Made by a program: the position numbers and the translations under genes. A stretch of 55,293 nucleotides of DNA, taken from contig CAZRCY010000002.1 of the NCBI GenBank assembly GCA_964598735.1, forward strand, positions 1 through 55,293, read 5' to 3'. This DNA is from an uncultured Candidatus Poseidoniales archaeon (lineage in GTDB: Archaea > Thermoplasmatota > Poseidoniia > Poseidoniales > Thalassarchaeaceae). A model generated the notes under the pieces. It was not told the DNA's origin and searched no databases. It saw only the letters and a program-made list of their open reading frames with translations. Below, piece after piece: positions 19,452 to 29,932 of the stretch. Numbering within the stretch: the stretch's first letter is position 1; each line of letters starts with the position of its first letter.

Positions 19452-22400
19452 TCAGAATCTAGTTTCTTCATCAAGTCCTTGTAAAAGGCTACTTTGCTCA
19501 GCGACCCTATCCAATGCTTCCTTTCTTCGAGAAATCATCATCAGACCTGCGACTCCCAACAATCCAATTGTAGCAGCCATGATAATAGTTGGAACTGACC
19601 ACTTACTGACAACAACCATCGCCACATCAAGAACTGGGTTGTTCGACTGTAATTTTTCATCAACAGAAAGATAGTTGTCATCATCGCTGACTTCAACAAT
19701 ATTCAGTTCAGGATCAATTACAACAACAACGCTGTCACTACCTGCTGTAACTGGATAGAGGAGAGTGATTGTCACTCCGTCGTCTGTATTGTCACTTGGC
19801 ATTAATGCACCTATAACTCTACGATATACTACATCTTCTTCTTCACAACCCTCAGAACGGATGTCATCTTCATCCCCAACACACAGAATGATGTTGATAT
19901 CTGTAGCATGTACATTTCCTGTATTTTGAATTGTTACCTGTACAGGGATCATTTCGCCAACAGCAGCTGAGGCTTGTTCTTCAGAAATATCTACGCCACC
20001 AATGAAAACTAGATTTGGAGCCCTTAATCGAAGAGTGAGAATTTGTTCATTAGTATCGCACCCAAGATTGTTGTCTGCGAGACCATCATTGTCAGTATCG
20101 ATAGTACATGAGTCGACCCATTCTGGAGTTTCGTCATCATCTCCGCCATCTGCAGAACTACCAAAATCAGACAAAACTTTGATTCCAACATTTCGATTGC
20201 CTAACGCAGCATCAGAACCAACATTCACTATTGCAACTATTTGGACAGTAGTATATGCTGGCATGGGAGGGAAATACCATGTCCCGGAAAAGACATCATA
20301 ATAACAATCAAATTCAGGCTTCTCATCAGTGGAATTAACGTCTGAACATGCAAATTCAATTGGATATTCTGTCTCGAATCCATCCAATAGGGCAAATTCA
20401 ACTGCGTGTGGTGTTGCCCATCCTGCAAGTGCGTTCATTCCTGGCTCAGAATCCCAATTACCGTCACCTTTCTTGGTATGGTTATGCAATGTTGGGGTGT
20501 CGGCTACGTTTCCATTATTTGTTAAATTCATGATAAATCGAACGGTTCTTCCCGGTGCAGTAGTTTTCACAGCGCTTTCAACATATGGATCAAGTGTGAT
20601 TTGCATGTCATGATATTCATTTACATTAATTGTTAATTGAATTACGTCTCGAAGACGTGTGCCTTCCCATGCTTCCTCTGAGAATATTGAGATAGTTACC
20701 TGATATGTGCCTGCGGCTACTTGATCAGGAGTATCAACATGAACCATTACTGTTTGATTTTCATCACGCTGTAATTCTGACATGTCTGAACGGAAAATTT
20801 CTACATTCCAAGGTTGAGATAATCCATTAGAATCTGAAATCGAGGTGATTCTCATATCATAACGATCAGGTCCATTTCCTCCATTCATTATGTCAATAGG
20901 AACCGCCCAGGTTTCTCCGGGATTCATATCATTTTCAAGTGATTCTGTGTTAGCATCCAACTCATAGACGTGTTTTACCATTGTCGAAAGTGTTACTTCA
21001 TCTGATACCTTAGGCGAGCCCTGTAAATACGCTTTGATCTTTACAGCTGGACCTATTCCTGCATCTGCATTCGCTGGAGCGCAAACCGTTGCAAGAACAT
21101 CATAAGGAACCCCGGTTTGTGACCAAAATCGAGGGACTGTGGGGTCATATCGAGTTTCAACAGTGTAATCTGGAGCGTTTTTGAAATCTAATTCAACATA
21201 CCAATTTTCCTGACGCCATTGATTCAAATTCATTGTTTCATTTCTTTCCTCAGGACCACCGAGTACAGCGAATATTAGATGGCCTGGAGCGAAATTCTTC
21301 TTCACCTTGATTGTATATTGTGCACAACCTGCATCATCTGCTAAATCGGATTTTAACTCCCCTGGAAGTACTTCTTCTGTTCTATCAAATATCTCAAATT
21401 CAATGTTACCAGACGATCGAATTGATACGTTTATCCAAAGTTCGAGGACATCATATGTCCCCTTCTCTACAGACTTTACAGGTTCCCCAGTGGACCATCC
21501 TTTAACAAAGACAACCCAAGTTCCTGGCTCTTGAGTTGTTGGAACGTTCACTTCAAGATTTTTGGTTACAGAAGCGCCCGGTTCTAACGAAACTGTGAGG
21601 GGGAATTTAATCCCCCAGCCATATGGCAATAACCATTCTTGCTGACCTTCTAATGTATTTGGATCATAAAACTGGAAGGTATCGTAAACGTTACCAGTGT
21701 TGGTGATTGTGATTGAGAAAATTGCCGTTCCTCCTTGCTCAATGTCGCTCTGAGTATGACTAGTATCCAATTGAATGCCATGAACTACATCCATGAGTGT
21801 ACTTGTCAGTCTATCGCTACGAATAGCAGGATCCTTGTAAGAAATTGCTGAAACAATAATGTTAGCAACTTCATCCTCATTTGCTTGGTAAATTGAGGGG
21901 GCAATTACTCGCATGTAAATCTCAACCTTCTCTCCACCAGCGAGATAAATCGGAGTATCTGGGAAAATTGTTGTATGGTTGTTGGAGAAGTAAACTGTAG
22001 CTGACCAGTTCAAAGGAATTCCGCTCAAATTAATTGAGAAGGTATCAGCGACCAAATCAGGAGGTCCCGGTGTAGTATTGTTTACTGTGAGATTGTACAT
22101 CGTTTGTTCACTTGGTTCAATTACGTGATAGAATGTTTCTCCTTCTTGTAGCCCCACTTCTACTTGGCCTGTGAGCACATGAACATAACATAGAGTATAC
22201 GTATTCTGATTTGATTCCTCATTACATTTGTTAGTGTCAGACCATGCAATGTGAGCACCACTACCTAAATCATTAGCAAATGCAGGGGGTTGCCCTAGTT
22301 CAGGTGAATTACCAGAATTAGGACCTAATTTATCTGATTGCCATGTAGAAACTACAGTAGGCTCCCATGGATCTAAAACCGCTGCTGCTATCGAATTCAA

Positions 22401-24584
22401 CGGCCAAGATGGTTTATCGTTGGTATGATTCAGTCGGGCGTACATAATAGCTTCACCCTGCGTTGCATTGCTGTTATCGAGCCAAGTAATGTGGACATTG
22501 TCTCGTGCATCAGTTAGGATTGCTGGCATATATGATGATGGAGAATATGGAGTCCCTTGTGGTATTCCATTCGGCCCTTCGAAGTCAGAAATCCTAGTAT
22601 CTACAATTTGTTTGATTCCGTACGATGGTAATCCCTCTTCAACACCATCCCAAGTAGCAGCACCACGTAGTCTTAGACGGGAATAAAAGACTTCGTAATT
22701 CACATTTTTCTCGAATCCATATCCTCTACCATCCATCCATGTTAGGTGAGTATTTCCTTGACTGTCCACTGCAATCGATGGGTGGAAACTAAATGCGTCG
22801 TCTAATGTAATTCTTGTATCGTTAACTACAACCAAATGACCGTATCCATTTGAATCCATTTCTGGGCCTATATCTTCAGTATATGCATTTCCAGATGTAC
22901 TGGTTGCAGATGTACCCCTTGTCCACCCAGGAGATGGGTTATCGAGTAAGGCATGAGGAGCCAATACTGTCATGAAAATTTCACGTGAGTTATTTGTGGC
23001 TAGGTACACCATAGCCTCAACCAGTAATTGCATCTGTTGTGAACCGCCGCCGGAAGCAGGGAAATTGTAAACTTCGCCTCCTGCATCCGTGTTACGGATT
23101 GTAGAACCAGGACATATTCTAGGATTTGTGTTAACTACTCCATTCGGACAGTTGGCCAAATCAGACATATGAGACTGGATTTGTGTTCCTCCGCCCCATG
23201 TGCTGCCTGCCATTGGAACTGGGACTATGCCCGCTCGAACGCAAGCATCGTGAGCCTCGTTGATAGACGCAGTGTCATCCGCTTGCTGAGCAGGATCTCC
23301 ATTTCTAGGACCTTCGTCTGATATTGGAATTACAATCTTTGTAGCATTAGGATTCCATTTGTGATCGGCAGATGTAGGTGGGTTACCTGGAACGTTTCCA
23401 GCTGCATCTTTCCATGAGAGACATGCCCATGTAGATGATGGTCCCCAATCTTCGCCAGAACTTCCAGTGACTGCGCCACCATTGAATATGAAATTCTGAA
23501 GTTTTCTAATTCCTCCACTATCATCTCCGGGAAACTGACCGAGATGGGTGTTTCGAGGTCCTTGAGAACCGGACCCTCCAGTTTGATATGCTGTAGAACA
23601 GGTATTGCTTTGTCCAGCGGAAGGGATACCATATCCAAGAATTGCATAGATTGTCTCGTACACTGTGATATTAGCATCTTCTAACATTGGCTTGATTCCT
23701 CGGAAATATCCTCCACTGCTAAAACTACCACCATAGAATACAGTACATACGTCTGCCCATTCAGAATACATAGAACCAGAGGTGTCGATCGGTACAACCA
23801 TCTCTACCTTTCCTCCTCTTGTATCATCCCAAACAATCTGAACATAATCATCAGCGTCAACAGCAATATCTGGATGACCTTTATGTCCAATAACAGGAGT
23901 AATCATTGAATCGTCAATTGCTGTTATACCTGCGGTTCCATCAAATTCAATCATAGAATAGTAGATTTGAGGCTGGAAATAGAACTTCTCCAAAGGATCG
24001 AACGAATCCTCCCAGACAATATGTGCATTGTCCATCGAATCAACAGCTATCGCTGGCCAATCTCTGTCTTGTTGTCGTTGACTTACAATCATATCATTAA
24101 CAACTGAAATTACGCTTTCATCAGCTGCAGTACCATCTTGAGGATGTAAAGAGGGGTCTAGGACTGTATATTTGATAGCATGTTGACTTGATTTATCGGT
24201 CCAAGTAACGTGAACTCTGTCTTGGCTATCAATTGCAATATCGGGATGCCAAGCACGATGGATCCCAGCATTTGAAATCTGCGTAGCATCGATCAATGGA
24301 TCTGCTTGACCATCACCATCGGTGTCCGCCCTAGGATCGAGCATTGTGTAAAACAAATGCTGCGTATTTCTACTCCAAACAAAGTGAATGTTGCCTTCAC
24401 TGTCAGCTGCCATAGACACCATTCTTTCATTCATAGGTCCTCCATCGACAACACGAACTGCGTCTGTAATTACTACCTCGGCGGCCTCTACTTCGTCAGA
24501 GGGTACAATCAATGTCGTGCTCAAAACCATCAAGATTGTGAGCATTAGGCTATTGGTCTTCATTCTGTAAGTCATGGTATACAC
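19452..24584 (-). CDS. Giant (1710 aa) C-terminally anchored surface protein: repeat propeller, vWA-like insert and multiple Ig-like (CARDB/DUF11-type) domains
   Basis: Signal peptide at the N-terminus. Seven repeats of the N-x-H-[IV]-x-W-x-D type. A MIDAS-like DTSGS motif lies at 23772-23786. Repeated TNTGN/NNGN/QNTGN beta-sandwich motifs follow. A C-terminal TM (IIMAATIGLLGVAGLMMI) precedes a short cytoplasmic tail. Confidence 0.8.
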   Translation of the reverse strand: MYTMTYRMKTNSLMLTILMVLSTTLIVPSDEVEAAEVVITDAVRVVDGGPMNERMVSMAADSEGNIHFVWSRNTQHLFYTMLDPRADTDGDGQADPLIDATQISNAGIHRAWHPDIAIDSQDRVHVTWTDKSSQHAIKYTVLDPSLHPQDGTAADESVISVVNDMIVSQRQQDRDWPAIAVDSMDNAHIVWEDSFDPLEKFYFQPQIYYSMIEFDGTAGITAIDDSMITPVIGHKGHPDIAVDADDYVQIVWDDTRGGKVEMVVPIDTSGSMYSEWADVCTVFYGGSFSSGGYFRGIKPMLEDANITVYETIYAILGYGIPSAGQSNTCSTAYQTGGSGSQGPRNTHLGQFPGDDSGGIRKLQNFIFNGGAVTGSSGEDWGPSSTWACLSWKDAAGNVPGNPPTSADHKWNPNATKIVIPISDEGPRNGDPAQQADDTASINEAHDACVRAGIVPVPMAGSTWGGGTQIQSHMSDLANCPNGVVNTNPRICPGSTIRNTDAGGEVYNFPASGGGSQQMQLLVEAMVYLATNNSREIFMTVLAPHALLDNPSPGWTRGTSATSTSGNAYTEDIGPEMDSNGYGHLVVVNDTRITLDDAFSFHPSIAVDSQGNTHLTWMDGRGYGFEKNVNYEVFYSRLRLRGAATWDGVEEGLPSYGIKQIVDTRISDFEGPNGIPQGTPYSPSSYMPAILTDARDNVHITWLDNSNATQGEAIMYARLNHTNDKPSWPLNSIAAAVLDPWEPTVVSTWQSDKLGPNSGNSPELGQPPAFANDLGSGAHIAWSDTNKCNEESNQNTYTLCYVHVLTGQVEVGLQEGETFYHVIEPSEQTMYNLTVNNTTPGPPDLVADTFSINLSGIPLNWSATVYFSNNHTTIFPDTPIYLAGGEKVEIYMRVIAPSIYQANEDEVANIIVSAISYKDPAIRSDRLTSTLMDVVHGIQLDTSHTQSDIEQGGTAIFSITITNTGNVYDTFQFYDPNTLEGQQEWLLPYGWGIKFPLTVSLEPGASVTKNLEVNVPTTQEPGTWVVFVKGWSTGEPVKSVEKGTYDVLELWINVSIRSSGNIEFEIFDRTEEVLPGELKSDLADDAGCAQYTIKVKKNFAPGHLIFAVLGGPEERNETMNLNQWRQENWYVELDFKNAPDYTVETRYDPTVPRFWSQTGVPYDVLATVCAPANADAGIGPAVKIKAYLQGSPKVSDEVTLSTMVKHVYELDANTESLENDMNPGETWAVPIDIMNGGNGPDRYDMRITSISDSNGLSQPWNVEIFRSDMSELQRDENQTVMVHVDTPDQVAAGTYQVTISIFSEEAWEGTRLRDVIQLTINVNEYHDMQITLDPYVESAVKTTAPGRTVRFIMNLTNNGNVADTPTLHNHTKKGDGNWDSEPGMNALAGWATPHAVEFALLDGFETEYPIEFACSDVNSTDEKPEFDCYYDVFSGTWYFPPMPAYTTVQIVAIVNVGSDAALGNRNVGIKVLSDFGSSADGGDDDETPEWVDSCTIDTDNDGLADNNLGCDTNEQILTLRLRAPNLVFIGGVDISEEQASAAVGEMIPVQVTIQNTGNVHATDINIILCVGDEDDIRSEGCEEEDVVYRRVIGALMPSDNTDDGVTITLLYPVTAGSDSVVVVIDPELNIVEVSDDDNYLSVDEKLQSNNPVLDVAMVVVSKWSVPTIIMAATIGLLGVAGLMMISRRKEALDRVAEQSSLLQGLDEETRF

Positions 24585-24654
24585 CTACGGTTCAACAAGC
24601 ATACAACCGCATTGACACATACTTAAGCAAAACCTCTAGAGGTCACGTTTCAAG

Positions 24655-25266
24655 TCATACCCATTCATCAACATCAAAAGAAGAGCCGAATGACATTTCA
24701 TCCTTTATTTCAACTTCGGGTGCCTGTTCTGAATTTGGATCACGCTGTTTGTTTTCCCAATCATCTACAGGTCCAGGCTTTCCTTCCCCAACCCCATAAT
24801 TAAATCTAATTTCATGAATTATTGCTAATTTACTAAGCCAGATTGTCCTCAATGAATCCATGAATAAATGTTGATTGAGACCATCAAACCAAATTGGTCG
24901 AGAAATATTGAATGCTTGGAGAGGTCCACTATTCTCTGATTTTCGTCCGATGTGTAAGGTCCAATCAAATCCCCCCCTAATGAGTCCAAGTCTAGCTTCA
25001 TGTAACCACTCTTCCCATGCAACTGGATCTGATTCTGAATGTGACTTCATTTCCTCTTGTTGACCTGTATCAACTCTTGTAACAGAGCCTACGATAACTA
25101 GTGACCTTTTTTTGGGAATTACAACATTGAATAAATGTCCATTCCTAGTTGGTGGGTATCTTACATGTAAATGCATTTCTGCACGACTGTCTGATAATGT
25201 TTTGAATTCTAGGCCTTCTTCACTAAGCCATTGTTGGATAGATTTGATGGCGTCTCTAGTCTCCAT
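24655..25266 (-). CDS. Hypothetical cytoplasmic protein
   Basis: 203-aa ORF with no signal peptide, on the same strand between the acyltransferase and the giant surface protein gene. No firm motif. Confidence 0.45.
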   Translation of the reverse strand: METRDAIKSIQQWLSEEGLEFKTLSDSRAEMHLHVRYPPTRNGHLFNVVIPKKRSLVIVGSVTRVDTGQQEEMKSHSESDPVAWEEWLHEARLGLIRGGFDWTLHIGRKSENSGPLQAFNISRPIWFDGLNQHLFMDSLRTIWLSKLAIIHEIRFNYGVGEGKPGPVDDWENKQRDPNSEQAPEVEIKDEMSFGSSFDVDEWV

Positions 25267-25287
25267 ATATCACCCGGGTTGGCCAAC

Positions 25288-26829
25288 CTATTTCAGGAGT
25301 CCGAGAATTGAAGAGATATCCTCAGATATTGATTTAGCAGATTTTGAATTCCTCAATTGTCTACGATTAAATAAGTCGAATACATCACATACTGCATCAT
25401 ATCCTAATAAAAATAGAAGGTTTGCCATGTGCATGAAAGGCATTAGAAATAAAGCAATTAGGGGAGTCATAAGAAATACATAATCTGGGAAATAACACAT
25501 GGATAACCATATCCCTATTGGAATTGTAAAAAGTGGCCAAATGACCAAGGGAGAGAAAGTTACTGCCATCATGTGGAAGGTACTTCTAGCATCTAATCCT
25601 TCATCAGAGTTATTTCCTAACCACCAAGCAAGAATGGCTTGTGGTAATGTCATAATACTGAGTGGTAGCATAGATATCATCAATAAAAAACCAAAGATCC
25701 CTTTGAATGGAGTGGAAATATTCTCTCTTTTGATTCCCAAACAATCAATTGAACGGGCATCTAATTTTTTCAAACGAAGTTCACGTTCTATTCTGGCAGC
25801 GGGTTCCATGATTTCTTTGGGCAAATCTCCTGATCGAAGCCTGTCCCGGACTGTACGTATGCCATGAACTTCATCCTTCCACCTCTTGTGAGATTGATCT
25901 TGACTTGATTTCTCAATGTGAGATATTACAGACCAAGAATGAAATTCTTCCCAATTATCGGCATCAGGAGTCATAATATCTAGAGTGTTTTTAATGCGAT
26001 TTCTGAGTTCATTCACATTGTCTCTCGAAGGTTCTGCCCACCTTCCATCCATTAGTGACGAAACTACTGATTCATCGACTAAATCAGAAATTTGGATTTC
26101 TTCCCCATATTCAACGTAACAATCTGTTCTAAATTCCCAGGCTGTACGAAAATGTAGACCGACTGGCCTGATTGAAGGTAATTTATTCCCTGAAGATTGT
26201 GCTGCGGCTGCTGCATTCAATGCAATTCTCATTGGCCCTGAGCGTAGAGGCATCATTCTTGGTTCAACTTGGCTAGTACCCTCAGGCATTATCACGCAGC
26301 CATTACCACCTGCAATTGTATGTGCCACTGTAAGTAAACTACGTTCATTGATATGTTTAGCAAATTCAGCATCAGTTGTTCCCTCGTCTATTTCTCTTTG
26401 ACGTAAAACTGGTTGAGAACCGATTGCTCGTGCCCAACGACCTAAAATTGGACGAGTCATCAGATCGTGTCGTCCGACCATAATGTAACGCTTCCTTGAA
26501 GACTGAACTATCGCCATTGGATCAACTAAACCAGCCGTGTGCCATGACAAAGCAACTAATCCTCTGTCTTCTTCCACAGTTTCATATCCTGATTGTTCTC
26601 TTGTCCTGAATTGTGTATACCAAGATAAGCGAAGCATGGATCTGAGGACTTTCCAGGCTAATTTTGAACCAGGATGTATACCATCATGCCTCCATCTAAT
26701 TTTGTTCTTTAGTGCTTTACGATTCAATCGTCTAGATGATGCCGAGGTTTCGACATCTGGATCATATGGGGCCGAGGTGCGTTCTAGATCTTGACCAGAT
26801 GGAGATTGCATTTTTTCCCCACCACTCAA
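25288..26829 (-). CDS. PlsC-type (lysophospholipid/glycerol-3-phosphate) acyltransferase with C-terminal TM domain
   Basis: Acyltransferase motif I HX4D (SWHTAGLVDP, about 26521-26553). Motif III-like IMPEGTS. Four or more C-terminal TM helices. The start overlaps the HIT gene stop by 4 nt. Confidence 0.65.
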   Translation of the reverse strand: MSGGEKMQSPSGQDLERTSAPYDPDVETSASSRRLNRKALKNKIRWRHDGIHPGSKLAWKVLRSMLRLSWYTQFRTREQSGYETVEEDRGLVALSWHTAGLVDPMAIVQSSRKRYIMVGRHDLMTRPILGRWARAIGSQPVLRQREIDEGTTDAEFAKHINERSLLTVAHTIAGGNGCVIMPEGTSQVEPRMMPLRSGPMRIALNAAAAAQSSGNKLPSIRPVGLHFRTAWEFRTDCYVEYGEEIQISDLVDESVVSSLMDGRWAEPSRDNVNELRNRIKNTLDIMTPDADNWEEFHSWSVISHIEKSSQDQSHKRWKDEVHGIRTVRDRLRSGDLPKEIMEPAARIERELRLKKLDARSIDCLGIKRENISTPFKGIFGFLLMISMLPLSIMTLPQAILAWWLGNNSDEGLDARSTFHMMAVTFSPLVIWPLFTIPIGIWLSMCYFPDYVFLMTPLIALFLMPFMHMANLLFLLGYDAVCDVFDLFNRRQLRNSKSAKSISEDISSILGLLK

Positions 26830-27248
26830 TGTAATTGTAACTTCTTAGAGAGGGAAGCAAGTGTTTCAAAATCTGGCTTTGATTGAGATGGCGCCATTCG
26901 CCACATTGGACTAGAGCTATTGTCATCAGTCCTAGGGATGACATGGAAATGGACATGAGGTACTTCTTGACCCGCTAATGGGCCGTCATTCAAATTCACA
27001 CTGAAATCTGTTGTGTTAAACTCAATTGAAAGTCGACGTTGTACTTCTACAACACCATCAATCAAATCCCTTCTACTTTCTTTTGATAATTCTGCAATTC
27101 GTTGTGCCTCTTCTTTGGGAACTACTAGTGTATGACCTGGTCTTAATGGATTAATATCAAGGAAGGCATACCATGTAATTCCTTGAGCAACCATAGAAGA
27201 TGGGATCTCGCCTCGAATGATTTTAGTAAACAAACTAGGTTCGGACAT
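26826..27248 (-). CDS. HIT (histidine triad) family nucleotide hydrolase
   Basis: Histidine triad HVHFHVIPR and N-terminal FTKIIRGEIP. The ATG at 27248 (MSEPSLF) is preferred; the track ORF extends to 27329. Confidence 0.85.
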   Translation of the reverse strand: MSEPSLFTKIIRGEIPSSMVAQGITWYAFLDINPLRPGHTLVVPKEEAQRIAELSKESRRDLIDGVVEVQRRLSIEFNTTDFSVNLNDGPLAGQEVPHVHFHVIPRTDDNSSSPMWRMAPSQSKPDFETLASLSKKLQLH

Positions 27249-27354
27249 CAACCAGCGATAGAGGTTCTGCGAATGAATGCGACGGTGTTGATATGTCGGA
27301 TCAAAGAGTCTTAATGGCTGAGAGTTCAAGTATTGCCAAGGTATCGGTTTTATT

Positions 27355-27795
27355 GTGAAGTGGCTGAATAAGGAGTTTTTAGGGAGGCGAAAGAATAGGC
27401 CTAGTTCTCCTGATGAAGATGCAAAAAAGGCGCTTGAACGGGCTCGGAGAGCTGGTAGAATAAATAATCAAAAAAAGAAAAACAATGCGGCTGATGATGA
27501 ACATTGTCTGAAAGAGGCGATGGAAATTGTTGATTCTGGAGTTGGAAAAGAGTATGATACCGGGCAACGAACAGTTCCGTCAAAAATAATCCCCAAAACC
27601 GATCGTTCAGATAGGCCTGGTGAAGATAGAGAATTTATGGATCGGTTCAAAGCAGAAGAGGAGATTCGTAAAACAGGACTAGAATTATCGACACCAAATG
27701 TTGAGAAAATTATCGGAGAGAGAAAGGCAAAGAGAGAGGAATTAGATGAACTGCTTAGTAGTGTTGATGAATTAATTAATGATGATTATGAATAG
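27355..27795 (+). CDS. Highly charged hypothetical protein
   Basis: 146-aa Lys/Glu/Arg/Asp-rich ORF with a GTG start and no recognisable domain. Confidence 0.35.
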   Translation: MKWLNKEFLGRRKNRPSSPDEDAKKALERARRAGRINNQKKKNNAADDEHCLKEAMEIVDSGVGKEYDTGQRTVPSKIIPKTDRSDRPGEDREFMDRFKAEEEIRKTGLELSTPNVEKIIGERKAKREELDELLSSVDELINDDYE

Positions 27796-27809
27796 GTGCT
27801 GACAGAGAG

Positions 27810-28721
27810 ATGAGCGTTCGTGCACAAATTTTGTCCACTCTAATTCGCCCGAATAAATTCATTTATCGTTACATTCAACCGTCTGCTAAATTTATTCGTT
27901 TGTTTGTGCATCCTCCCTCTTGGTTGGGTGGACATTTATTTCGATCATTTGGAACAAAACATCAGAATACAGAATTTGGTGGTGTTCCTGGTGTCTCTTT
28001 TATGCCTAAAAAAATTCATAATGAAAATTCTTTGATCGTTTATTTTCATGGCGGAGGTTATTCTTTTGGATCTTCACTAACAACCCATAGAATCGGTCTA
28101 TCTAATCTAGCTAAAGTAACTGGTAGAGTATGTCATTCCGTAGACTATAGATTAGCACCGGAGCACCAATATCCTGCTGCATTAGATGATGCAGTAGCTG
28201 CTTGGAAAAATATTGTAGGGGAAAATTCAGAATCTGAAATTATATTGATGGGAGATTCCGCTGGAGGGGGTCTTAGTCTAGCACTATTGTTGTATCTTCG
28301 AGATAATAATGAGAAACTTCCAAATGGATTTGTATTGTTTTCTCCATGGACTAATTTGACATGTAATACTAATACATACTATTCGAAAGAAAAAGCAGAT
28401 CCAATGTTCACTAGGCAAATGCCCAAAGATGCTGCTGAACGTTATGTCCCAGAATCTATCGATAAATCACATCCATATGTTTCTCCATTTTTCGGAGACT
28501 TTACTGGACTTCCCAGAGGTTTGATTATCGCTGGAGAGAACGAAATATTACTTGATGATAGTCGAATTATTGGTGAAAACGCAAAGAAAGATGGGGTTGA
28601 TATTGAGCTCCAAATTTGGCCAAAAATTTTCCATGATTGGTGGTTGTTCGGACCACTACTTCCTGAATCGAAAAAATGTCTACTAGAAGTTCAAAAATGG
28701 ATGAACAATCTTGATGTCTGA
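27810..28721 (+). CDS. Alpha/beta hydrolase, hormone-sensitive-lipase-type esterase
   Basis: Oxyanion motif HGGGY and nucleophile elbow GDSAGG. The downstream Asp/His region includes the motif IFHDW. Confidence 0.8.
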   Translation: MSVRAQILSTLIRPNKFIYRYIQPSAKFIRLFVHPPSWLGGHLFRSFGTKHQNTEFGGVPGVSFMPKKIHNENSLIVYFHGGGYSFGSSLTTHRIGLSNLAKVTGRVCHSVDYRLAPEHQYPAALDDAVAAWKNIVGENSESEIILMGDSAGGGLSLALLLYLRDNNEKLPNGFVLFSPWTNLTCNTNTYYSKEKADPMFTRQMPKDAAERYVPESIDKSHPYVSPFFGDFTGLPRGLIIAGENEILLDDSRIIGENAKKDGVDIELQIWPKIFHDWWLFGPLLPESKKCLLEVQKWMNNLDV

Positions 28722-28738
28722 TTACTGGTAGAAATTGA

Positions 28739-29092
28739 CTATACAATTCCATTGAAATTAGTTACAAACCATGCATACATTAGCAACCAAATCAATGGTA
28801 CTATGAACGAAATAATATAGAATATTACAACAAACGTGGTGAGAGTATTGTTTTCTCTTCTCTGCCGAGTAATCTGGAGAAGATAGACTGCGTAAATTGG
28901 TAATAATAGCACTAGACACGCGCCACTAAATAAGTACAGACCAAATCCATCTAGCGGATCATCATAGAAGATTAACAAAATGATGACAAATGGAACATAT
29001 CCTAAAGCAATACTGGGTATCAGTAAAGAGCCTTTGATAGGACTTTGGCTATCTTTTTCATCAAGAGTAATCGTCTCGTCAGATTGAGCCAC
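28739..29092 (-). CDS. Small membrane protein
   Basis: 117 aa with three hydrophobic helices. No family motif. Confidence 0.4.
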   Translation of the reverse strand: MAQSDETITLDEKDSQSPIKGSLLIPSIALGYVPFVIILLIFYDDPLDGFGLYLFSGACLVLLLPIYAVYLLQITRQRRENNTLTTFVVIFYIISFIVPLIWLLMYAWFVTNFNGIV

Positions 29093-29113
29093 ATGAGTGG
29101 GTTTAGCATGTAG

Positions 29114-29932
29114 TTAATTGAGGTTTTTTTCTACATAATCAACAGCATTACGGAAGAGGATAAGTCCCTCACCTTCACCATGTTCAGTAGGTTCCAATTC
29201 TCTAGTCCATGTTGCTCCCAACCAAGTAGAATGATTTGCTTCAGGGTGAGGCATCAAACCAAATACGCGACCAGTGGGGTCGCATACTCCCGCAATATTT
29301 CTCATACTCGCGTTTGGAGAGAGTGGATATTTCAACAATTCATCGGAGGAAGATGGATAGGAATCATTTGGATCTACATACTTAACGACAATTTGGCCAT
29401 TTGCTGCCCAATGATCTAACAAGTTTGAATCAGTTGTAACGAATTTGCCCTCACCATGCCTAACAGGAACACGGATTCGTTCAATTCCTTTTGTCCAAAC
29501 ACAATGAGAATTAGTATCAAATTCTAAAGTAACCCATCTGTCCTCATAATGGCCTGAGTCATTCAATGCCAGTGATGCATTTTGAGTTAAACTAATTTCA
29601 TCATCTCCTGGTAAAAGTCCCATTTTTACCAATACTTGGAATCCATTACATATTCCAATCGCTAATCCACCGTTTTGGATGAATTCTCGAACTTGTTCTC
29701 TCATTCCGAAACGAAGGCGATTACCCAGCAATCGACCGCTTCCTAGGTGATCTCCGAACGAAAAACCCCCTGGAACGGCCATAATATGAAAATCACTCAA
29801 TTTTTTCTCACCGTTGACAAATCTATTGACATGAATTCTTTCAGATTCGGCACCCACCATATCAAACACTGCTGCAGTTTCACGATCACAATTTATTCCG
29901 AAACCTGTTAAAATTGCAACCTTAACTACCAT
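29114..29932 (-). CDS. purQ: Phosphoribosylformylglycinamidine synthase, glutamine amidotransferase subunit (PurQ)
   Basis: Class I GATase motifs GFSFGD, GICNGFQ and MPHPE. The ATG at 29932 (MVVKVAIL) overlaps the purL stop. Confidence 0.85.
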   Translation of the reverse strand: MVVKVAILTGFGINCDRETAAVFDMVGAESERIHVNRFVNGEKKLSDFHIMAVPGGFSFGDHLGSGRLLGNRLRFGMREQVREFIQNGGLAIGICNGFQVLVKMGLLPGDDEISLTQNASLALNDSGHYEDRWVTLEFDTNSHCVWTKGIERIRVPVRHGEGKFVTTDSNLLDHWAANGQIVVKYVDPNDSYPSSSDELLKYPLSPNASMRNIAGVCDPTGRVFGLMPHPEANHSTWLGATWTRELEPTEHGEGEGLILFRNAVDYVEKNLN

